In this document: positions 53,040 through 64,000 of the stretch, one piece after another
Position numbering within the stretch: the stretch's first letter is position 1
Layout: the number at the start of each line of letters is the position of its first letter
From: Octopus sinensis
Taxonomy: Eukaryota
Assembly: GCF_006345805.1 (NCBI RefSeq)
Contig: NC_043004.1
Span: 15,004,001 to 15,068,000 of the forward strand
Reading direction: 5' to 3'
Length of the DNA stretch: 64,000 nucleotides
The notes under the pieces: generated by a model
Database searches by the model: none
What the model saw: the letters and a program-made list of their open reading frames with translations, nothing else
Told to the model about the DNA's origin: nothing
Translations under genes and position numbers: made by a program

Positions 53040-53490
53040 TAGATATATATCCCTCTTTCTCTTTTTCTCTCTCTTGTTGTTCACACGTAGCCATCGTCCA
53101 TCTTTCTTTCCTGCATGGACATTCTAAGGACAGGACGTCTCCTATCTCTCTCTATCTCTCTTTTTTCTCTTTTCAAAGAAAATATTTCTCTCGTTGTTCA
53201 CTATTTTCCCCTTGTTCAGATCTAATGATCACCCATGTTCGGTTTCCTTGTATGTCTCCACTGTCCTGTTTTTGCTCCTAACTTTGACCCTTCATATATC
53301 CAAAATTTTATTTTGGTATTTATAGAAGCAACTGTCTTCGAAGACTCATATTGTCGTTGATTGCTCAAAATGAGGAGTAGATAGACAACCAACAACTGAT
53401 GAAAGGTCATTCTTTGTATTTTCTCTCGTTATTTGCGTATTTAACTTATTTGTTTTCGTATGTCATGTTGTTTACTGTTGGTGACGTCCT
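53040..53490 (+). repeat. Direct repeat copy 2 with a CT-rich 5' extension
   Basis: 53252-53490 matches 52557-52798. The leader 53040-53250 resembles the layout of 16800-17100. Confidence 0.8.
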
Positions 53491-54274
53491 GTAAACATAT
53501 ATGTGTGTGTGTGTGTATTCAGTTATTTCTATTACAAGTTTTATGGGGAGCCACCTAGAAATATTTTGTCCCAAGGATTGAATACAGTACTTAGTTAAGT
53601 TTCGAACTGCTAAAGAGATACATAAGAAAGTAAAAACACCCGTTGGCGCGTGGATATAGTCACAAATAAAACTCACTCACAATCTCAACATGCAAACACC
53701 CTTTCCTTGCACCACGTTCACTCGACGCTTAGGTAGACGTGTCATGTTGTAGAGTGGAACTGAACCCGAAATCATGTGTTTCTGAAGTGATTATCATAAC
53801 CGTAAGTATACATGCACATATACTTACACACAACACCAACTACAACCCCCACACACATACACAAACCCAAAAGTGCTCACATGTATTAATATCATCGGGC
53901 GATCTATAAAAGTTGATGTAATACAATTTGAAGTAAACTACAGTCACATGAGTGTCTTCAATATACACAACATGCTAAGAAAAGCTCTACACATAATTCA
54001 TACAAACACACACACACACACAAACATCTATGTGTGTATATAATTATGTATGTATTAAGAAGAATATTGCAGCAGAAAAATGAATTAGTTACTCTTACAG
54101 GCGTTTAATTTTATAGAGCATCCAATATGGCAAACTGTACATGAAATAACATTTTCCATGGATCTTTTTGCCAAAAAAAAAGCTAGAAGCTTTCTGATGT
54201 ATAATTCATAAAGAATAAGTACGAGAGGAATTATTTTATAACTCTACAAATGGAAACTATCAGAAACATACGTG

Positions 54275-54344
<70 letters not shown>

Positions 54345-55006
54345 TATATATATATATAGTATATATATATATATATCTATATATATATATATTACACCGT
54401 TGATATAATCATTACCACACATTGGAAAAAAATACGTGTACGTCGCTTTGACCAAATACATTGCAATAATGGAGTGAAAGATTAACAATATCGATAAGTT
54501 TTCCACACTCACACACACACACACGCACACACGTGTGTGTATGTATATATATGTATATATATATATATGTGTGTGTGTATTCGTACGTATATATAAGTGT
54601 ATGTGTGTGTGTGTGTTCGTATGTATATTATAAATATCATTGATACAATATATTATTTGATTTAGGGAGAGTGTGTTTATATCAACATGATCAAAGTATC
54701 ACTTTATTGCTTTTATTTGTACCAAATGCTCATTTAAGTTATTTGCTCAGAAGCATATAACGTTTATGTATATCGATGTATGTATAAATATATATGCGCA
54801 TATGTGTTTGTGTGCATATGCGTTTGTGTGTGCATATGCGTGTGTGTGAGAGTGGTTATGCAGGTGTGTATACAAATATGCAAACATATGCATCTTTATA
54901 TCCTAAATACTATCAAATAACTTACTGACATTTTCGCACCTAAAACCACCCATATATATATATATATATATATATATAGATATATAATATATATATATAT
55001 ATAATA

Positions 55007-55042
<36 letters not shown>

Positions 55043-55565
55043 TGTATGTATGTATGTATGCATGCATGTATGTGTGTATGCTTATTGATATATATATATA
55101 TATATACATGTGTGTGTGGTGTGAATGTGTATGTGTGTGTGTGTGCTTGAGTGTATCTGTGTGTGCATTGTGTGTGTGTGTCTTCCATGTATGTACATGT
55201 GTAGTATGTATACATACCCAGGTATGTATTCTATGTATTAATTCCAGAAGATATTACTAGAAGGTCTTTCAAATATATATATATATATGTGTATTTCTGC
55301 GTAGACAAATACCTAGGATACTTTAGTAACCGTGAAAATTGTCTTCGCCAGCAAAATTCAAATTTAGCGAAAGAAATGTGATCAGAAATATGTGTATTTA
55401 TTCATAAATACACACATACACTCACACTCATACACACATGTATGTACATATGTGTACACACACACACACACACACACACACACCACACATACATATATAT
55501 ATATAGATATGCATATCTATGTATGTCTCTATGTATGTGTATGCGTGTGCAATTATACATACATA

Positions 55566-55640
<75 letters not shown>

Positions 55641-58024
55641 GTGTATACATACATATATGCACACATACATATATTCATACTGATATTTGGTATTACTATT
55701 TATACCAGAACAGCGTAAATTTGATGAATTCAAATAAATTAAAATGTCATAATCATTTGCTCCGTGTTGAATAATAATGTATGAATATTCTTAGTATGCT
55801 ACTCAATGAGGAAATGCATAATTACAAGGTAGATCATTTCACAGATAGTTAGCTTCTCTACAGAGAAGCAAAGGCATCGATCAACTACTTATTAAGCAGT
55901 CACAAATTAAGCTAGCTTCGTAGCGGACAGTCTAATTCACACACTTTTGCTTGCAATGAATTAAAGTATAACTATACTTCACTTCTTTGATCGAATTCAA
56001 TATGGTGTTGTTAACGTGGTAAGTTCTCTCGTTTCTACTACGTTGGAGTCTTTGCATCAATGTGGAAATGTAACTTCGCAGAATCTTTTCTATAAGTAAT
56101 TCCATGGCTCTGATGAACGTATCACATGTTGATTGCGTACGTATTGTTACATACCTTTTGCTCTGCTATTACTAGAATGTAATTTTGGGGATGTGACGTG
56201 AGGCAATGTTCAAGTATCCAAAGAAACATAAGCATTATGGTAATATCAACATCTTCATGGTGGCAGGAGACACTCCTATATATAACCATTTTATGGCATA
56301 CCAAGTTTTTCTCCCAAAGCTCTAACAATCTTAGATTGGCATGTGAAGTCATCTGTGAACGAATACTTTTAGAAAACATAGCTACTGTGTCGTAGGATTT
56401 TATTCTCTTCAATTCTAAAGGCCTGGTTTTTGTATTTACTTTTGCATTGCGTTGTTCAACATATGCTCTCTCACAGACATCATATGACCTTCAAAGCTGC
56501 TAGCGTTTGCTAGTAAGTCACAACCACTTTCTTTTCGTTAGCGCTTAGTTAGACTACTGGATATCACTACTTCTGTAGATACTTACGCTTGCTGACAGGA
56601 TGCCGCAGATTTTAACATCTGTGGAGAGTATATTTCATCTATAAACGATCCATATGTCCAAATGACTTATCTCAGAAATCGTGCTGCAACATTGTATATT
56701 CTTGTAAGATAAAAACTCTATCATATCTTACAAAGGCTGCAATATTTTTTAACCACACGCCCTCTGTCTACGGCTATTTTGTTTGATATAAAGTTATATA
56801 AGTATATACTCGTTATATTGAACAGAAGTGTGAAAACAAAACAAATGGTGGGTTGGTAATGGTTTTTTTTTTCTACATTTCACTACGAATATTCACATAT
56901 TTTTTAGACCCAATTCAAAGTAAGGACTTTTGAAACTAAATCTGGCTTGTTTCTAGTATAAATATTAATAAAATGTATTCAAAATATTCGCTTTAGCATT
57001 GTTATCTTTTGGTGTTGTAGGACCAAAAACCATTGGATCTTTGTAAAATATATGACTGCATTTAGCGCCAAAATAACAGAAGCACTGGTTCGTATGTTTG
57101 CATGCATGTATGTGTGCATGCATTCATGTATGCACATATGTATGTATGCATGTATGCATGCATGTATATATGTATTTATCTCAATATTGAGTTATATTTC
57201 AAGATTTATTGCCAATAGAGAAAGCCTTGGATCTAGGTTTCTAACCTAGATCCAAGGCGCCTTCATTGGAATTTCACCATAAACTACAGGGTATTTTTGT
57301 ATGTATGTATGTATGTATATATGAATGTATGCATAAGTGCATATTTGTGTTTTATTTTATGTATGTCTTCTCATACATATCTAGACATGCATATATATAT
57401 ATACTTGAATGATTAACGTATGTATGTAAATATGTATGAACGAATTTATGTATATATATATATATATGTACGAACGTATGTACGTACGTATGTATGCAAG
57501 TATGTTTGTATGTGTAGAAGCATGTATATGTAGAAGCGTCTAAGTTTCTTGTCAGTAGTGGCTTGTGCATACGTAATACATCTGCTTGTAATTTATGTCA
57601 TCCTTGAAAAATCTGATGACAACACAAGCAAGTCTGATGTGACTCTATATTAACATTTCATACGAATTATTTTCTATTATAGGCACCACACAGAGAACTA
57701 GATTAGCATTACTTGCTACTCTTGATTTCTATATAAACGACATGTTGCTGTCAGAGTTTCAGTTTCTATACTATAATCAGCTGCCGTCATCACATTTACA
57801 AACAGATGTGCGCCTCTTAGAACTGTCATATGATACTAATTGACCCATTAAATATTAAACAGAATAAAAACACGGAAGCAACTCTGAATTTACAGCTACA
57901 TCACGCTGGTATACTCCAGTTCTGTTTCTTTCAGTTCTCATTATCAATGTTTCTTCGGAGATACGTCCTGTTCAACACATTAGTATTTACGTCCATTTTT
58001 GGCACAGCATACATCGAACAACAA

Positions 58025-58055
<31 letters not shown>

Positions 58056-58613
58056 GAGGGAGAGAGAGGGAGAGACAGAGAGACAGAGAGACAGACAGAG
58101 GGAGAGTCATTAGGTTGCTACCTAAGATACTACGAACAATCAAAAATCGTACTCAACAAACTGAAAACTAGGAAGACATATTCTATAGAGTATTATATCT
58201 AAAAACTAGACCCAATGAACAACTGACCCGGGTATAAAGTACAAAAACAGTAACATATAATTATAATCTGAATATGGCGTGCGAATTCTGGTTCCTATTT
58301 ATTTTATCCCTTACTTCGTATGCTCAGCATTGCATTTGAAACTACAAATGGCTTAGTACCGCAATACACATATAGCTGTTCGTATGCTTTGCTTGTAGAG
58401 GGACATAGAAATACACATACATATATACGTTTTTGTGTATAAACATCACTGTCACAACTGCCATCGACTCACATGCACGCAGATATTTAATGTATACACA
58501 AAATACTGACACATACAAACACACAGACATAAATATATATTATATATATATTTATATATAGAGGGCATAATTATACATACATGCCAGGAGGCATTATATA
58601 TACTTGCCAAACT

Positions 58614-59150
<537 letters not shown>

Positions 59151-59224
59151 CTATATATAGATATATATTATTATATATATTATATATATATATATATATA
59201 GATATATATATATATATATATATC

Positions 59225-59337
<113 letters not shown>

Positions 59338-60081
59338 ATATAATATATATATATAATATATATATAGTATAATCATACATATATCCAAGGATAAATACAC
59401 TCACATATTTGCCTGTGCACTATTACGTATTTTAATACATGAATATTTTGAATAAATGTAGAATAATCTACTGTGCACATTTCCGAGGAAAACCTTCAAT
59501 TATAACCATGTTTTTCAACACATTCGATCCCTTTACCATCTCTCTTTTTCTCTTCCCTCCCTCCTTAATGACCAGTACAATAGCTTAAAGATAGACGAGC
59601 AGGAAACATTCTATCATTTGTCACTCATCAGTAGCTTCTGAATGTAGAGAAATTTGATAAAAATAATATGAAAACACTAAAGCTTTTAACCATATGTGAT
59701 ACTCGATTCCCCTTTAAATATTTCACCCCTTACACATACACACATATTGTTTAAACATCCCTCATCTCTTGATTCTGTAATACCTACGCAGAAAATGCCG
59801 CTATGCTTCCCTAATGTTCCCCAACTTAACGTTATCCCCATTCAACCTAGGAATACGACACCAAATTTTCACCGCCTTTATAAACAGACCCCACAAAATT
59901 CTCCTCCGGTGAAGTGGCGAATTTCTTGTCTTCAAAAGCGAAATAAAACAGGAGCGCAATGTATATCAAGAAAGCATCTACACACCTTTCTCTTGTTTCT
60001 TAAGCTAGAATTTATTATCGCCGCTGATGCTCTATTTCACACACACACCAACACACACACACACACACACCACACACACAC

Positions 60082-60126
<45 letters not shown>

Positions 60127-60128
60127 AT

Positions 60129-60163
<35 letters not shown>

Positions 60164-61228
60164 CATACTTGCATGTATATATGAATGTATCTCAATATTC
60201 ACTTGCAGTTACGCTTAAGCGTCGACCTACAGATAACCTTCTCTTCTTTTTCTACTGAGTAAAACCAAAAATTTTACCGGCATTGAAAGTTCCTAGAAGC
60301 CTGTGAGAACACCCTCATCCTCCAAACACAAAAAATGAAAAGTTGATCCTGACGTTTTATGCAACTATAAATTTCAGATAGTTTCCATGTAATTCTGGAC
60401 ACTTGTAGTAATATCATATTAAATCGATGTTCATATACGAAGCAAGCACTGAAATTTCGAAGTATATGCACTTGGCATATGATTAATAAAAGATTCAAAA
60501 TATGATAATTATTGCTGCAAACATTACGTAATTCTATGCACTGACTCTGCGTGTAATATCTTTCACAGGATATAAAATTTATTCAAAAGATTGGCAGTAA
60601 AATAGGCTCCGTTATAAGCTCTTTATTGACTGTGAGCTTCCCGTGTTGTTTGTTGCTTTTGGGGACAGTTCCTTTGTAAATTATTTACATACAACTAAGG
60701 TAGCTTTACAATAACTTCATATCCGGCTTTTTAGATTCATATAATCCGGCTTAACATTTGTATTCATTACAAATGTTTCTATATAATTAGGAATTATTTG
60801 TGCTGTCATCTAGATGTTAAACTTGGGAACTCTGGCGACAGCATTCAACTTCTAAGCGCTACAGAGGTTTCTTTTATTTATTGTACGGCGTCTAAATTTG
60901 CTATTGCTTCAGGCAAATCGATTCTCTAATGCGTAGCAGCTGCATTTCTGAACAATGCAGATAAACCTGTGGCGACAGTCACAAAGAAATATAACAGTGT
61001 TGAATCCCGAGATACGTCTTACTTTAAATCATGATGAAAAAAGAATGTTAAAGGAATAAAACTTCCTGATTCTCGTACTAGTCTTTTCGATATATTTTTC
61101 CGTTCTGACAATGATTCTACGTCCGATGGGAAATATTAAACAACCTATTGATCTCTGTCTTTTATACTCATCACCATTTTTAACGTGAAGGTCTTACCGA
61201 CGGTATTTGTTAATAACGATTATAGATT

Positions 61229-61440
61229 AAGGCGGCGATCTGGCGGAGTCGTTAACACGCCGAGTCACATACTCGGCGGCATTTCGTCCATCTTTACAAT
61301 TTGAGTTCAAATACCGCTGTGGGCGACTTTACCTTTTATTCTTTCGGGTTCAATAAAATAAATAGCATTTAAACACTAGGGTCGATGTAATCGATTTATC
61401 CCCTTCCCCGAAAATGCTGGCCTTGTCTCAAACTTTCTAA
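61229..61440 (+). mobile_element. SINE family B
   Basis: aaggcggcgatctggcggagtcgttaacacgccg..gagttcaaataccg..gggtcgatgtaatcga..ctggccttgt. Confidence 0.85.
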
Positions 61441-61608
61441 TCAATAAGAATAGATTACCTAAGACACTAGTTATTGATAATGATAATAATAAATTAAAAT
61501 ATATGTATGAAATGGCAAATAGTAAATCGTTGCTATTTTCATGAAATAAATGTTACTTATTATTATTAAATACTTCAGAAAATTATATATTATATCAATA
61601 TGTGAAAC

Positions 61609-61825
61609 GTGGTCATAGCTGTGTGGTTACGAAGCTTGCTCGAAACCACGTGTTTTGTATCAGTCTCAGTACATGGTAACTTGGCTAAGCGCCTTCTACT
61701 ATAATCCATGGCCGATCAATTCTTTGTCAGACAATTTGGTATAGACCAAATGTGCCGAAACCTCTCACACATGCACACACACAAACCAGTGTGTGTGTGT
61801 GTGTATGTGTGTGTGTGTGTGTGTG
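61609..61825 (+). mobile_element. Decayed SINE family A 5' half
   Basis: gctgtgtggttacgaagcttgct..cttggctaagcgccttctactata..tttggtatagac, followed by (TG)n. Confidence 0.6.
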
Positions 61826-62287
61826 AGCTAACGTTCGCTCTGTAATTCATAATTAATAATACTACTCGGATTAGAAGTTGCTTAACAACTATAGAGGAAG
61901 CAGCCTGGCTTATGAAAATCAACGCGGAGCATTAAACATGATAGTAGCAGTCGTACATCTATTTGTACACACAAATTCTATTACTACTGCAACTACAACT
62001 ACTACTACTACTACTACTACACACAAACACTCACTTACATACAAATATACATACATAATACATGCGTATATAACACTAACAACAAAAGAGACGAATGAAA
62101 AAAGTCACATCTGTAATTGGCAACACCATCAAGCAATATCCACGATATATCAAATGAATATATCCGAAAATACCTGTTAACACAACGTATTCAAGGCAAT
62201 CCAAAATTGATGACATTCAAAATCGTCAACATTAGGGGGCCTAAGGTATCGTATGGGAACTATACATACATATATACATATTTTATT

Positions 62288-62726
62288 ATTTTACTTGTTT
62301 CAGTCATTTGACTGCGGCCATGCTGGAGCACTGCCTTTAGTCGATCAAATCGACCCCAGGACTTATTCTTTGTAAGCCTAGTACTTATTCTATCGGTCTC
62401 TTTTGCCGAACCGCTAAGTTACGGAGACATAAACACACCAGCATCGGTTGTCAAGCGATGTTGTAAGCACAAACACAGACACACAAACATATACACACAC
62501 ATACATACATACATACATACATACATACATACATTATATATAGTATATAATATATATATATATATATAGGACGGGCTACTTTCAGTTTCCGTCTACCAAA
62601 TCCACTCACAAGGCTTTGGTCAGCCCGAGGCTATAGTGGAAGACACTTGCCCAAGTTGCCATGCAGTGAGACATAACCCAGAACCATGTGGTTGGTAAGC
62701 AAGCTACTAACCACAAAGTCACTCCT
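62288..62726 (-). mobile_element. SINE family A (near full length, little diverged)
   Basis: Close reverse-complement match to 8971-9376. Confidence 0.92.
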
Positions 62727-62910
62727 CTCGCTTGACAACCGCTTTTTTCCACTTCCAACTGGTTTTGGCTTGTTTACATCTCAAAAGCTAGCAGCTTGGC
62801 AAAAGTGAACAATAAAGTATCAGATTTAAAATATAAGTGTTGTGATTGGTCTGTTCGATTAAACATCTAAAGGCAGTGCCTCTGCATGATCCAAGTAAAT
62901 GATAAAAGAC
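62727..62910 (+). mobile_element. Decayed SINE family A 3' half
   Basis: tcgcttgacaaccg..tgtttacatc..ttggcaaaag..ttcgattaaa..aaaggcagtgc matches the SINE A 3' half. Confidence 0.6.
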
Positions 62911-63329
62911 GAATGAATTAGATAGTCATATAGCTCTCATAAAAATAATCAGGAATCAGTATCTATCGGCGTATTGTTTATTTCGTATCAATCAGCTACA
63001 TTCTGTGGGCGAGTACAATCGGCCATTTAATCCCCAGACTACTCTCCCACCTAACCGGAAGTCCCTTCTCTGCAGACCAGCTCGCTATCTCGCCATCAGT
63101 GAAGATCCCTGTCTATAATACGTCCGTTATGAGTCCATGGTCAGTGACCAACAATGTAGCATCTAGTAGGTCTCTACTGAGTTCTATTAGACGTCACAAA
63201 CATCTTAAACAAGTCGCTAGAAATAGAATCGCGTATAAACTTATGTGGTAGCGAAGTGGATAATTTAAAACTCGTAAACATTCGAGAGCTTTGGGTATTA
63301 TTTTCTACTCCAGGTGGAAGGCTCGAAAT

Positions 63330-63514
63330 TTTCGAGGAGGGAGCCAGTCGATTAGATTTCAAGAACCAGTACGCAACTGGTTCTTAATTTATCGATCCCG
63401 AAAAGATGAAAGCCAAAGTCGACCCCGACAGATTTTGAACTCAGAACTAAAGACAGACGAAATACATCCCAGTATTTCGCCCCTCGTGCTAACATTTCTA
63501 CCAGCTCGCCTCCT
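63330..63514 (-). mobile_element. SINE family B
   Basis: cccgaaaagatgaaagccaaagtcgacc..tttgaactcagaac..cgtgctaacatttctaccagctcgcctcctt is the reverse complement of family B. Confidence 0.88.
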
Positions 63515-64000
63515 TGAGAGAGCCTTAGGTATTGTATGAGATATTTGATTGATATTTACGCCAGCACCAATAGTTAAATAGCTAATATTCAGCGAGCTAG
63601 AGCTAATGTGTGGGTTTAAATTCTACAGATATAAAAGAAAATTAAATATAATATTCTGGATTATTGTTATTATATGGTTGAATTCTGAAGTAGGACACAA
63701 CTTATCTAACTATCTCTGATAGCTTGTACAATGTAAAGACGTATATTCAGTTAATACGTGAAATTTGGCTTATTACAGTAGCCTAGTACACGTAATAGGC
63801 GAGAGCTACTACTCTATTCTCAGTCAGAAACCCAGTTTTATTTATATTCATTAATAAATTTACTATGGTCAGTAAGACGTCTCAAAGTTCTAGCAGGGAG
63901 CAATGAAACAGACACTATTTATTTGGCTTACAACATTATATATCGAATCTTGATTTACATTCAAATATGCAGTGAAATAATTTGAATTACAAATTTAATT

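Noticed and set aside
56581-56630. 32-bp minus-strand micro-exon (cag|ATG..AAGC|gtaagt) as upstream exon of the WAP gene
   Set aside because: From its ATG it ends in phase 2, which is incompatible with the phase-1 acceptor; the phase-1 frame has a stop and there is no signal peptide.
63060-63145. Plus-strand exon candidate (ctctgcag|..CCATG|gtcagt)
   Set aside because: Short, with a moderate donor and no recognisable peptide; not supportable without transcript data.

Overview
AT-rich, microsatellite-dense animal genomic DNA, almost entirely intronic or intergenic. The SINE families and the (TA)n/(CA)n density look like an Octopus (coleoid cephalopod) genome; this is inferred from memory, not verified. 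The one convincing host coding element is a 141-bp phase-1/phase-1 minus-strand exon (50433-50573) encoding a WAP-type Cys-rich module resembling the N-terminus of LEV-9/Hasp proteins. The rest is mobile DNA: two full-length but disabled DD34D mariner copies and one older fragment, three decayed R4/Dong-like RLE LINEs in a (TAA)n/(CAA)n-rich zone, an RTE 3' end, two Penelope-like (PLE) coding remnants (an RT and a Neptune-type GIY-YIG), a hAT-type MITE with an 8-bp TSD, and many tRNA-derived SINEs. The most notable signal is a set of short non-coding repeats carrying minimal hammerhead-ribozyme-like motifs with non-canonical cores. One of these is a 192-bp unit inserted into a SINE with a 7-bp TSD. 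All calls were made by eye; no alignments, folding or database searches were run. Most ORFs in the supplied track are microsatellite artefacts.
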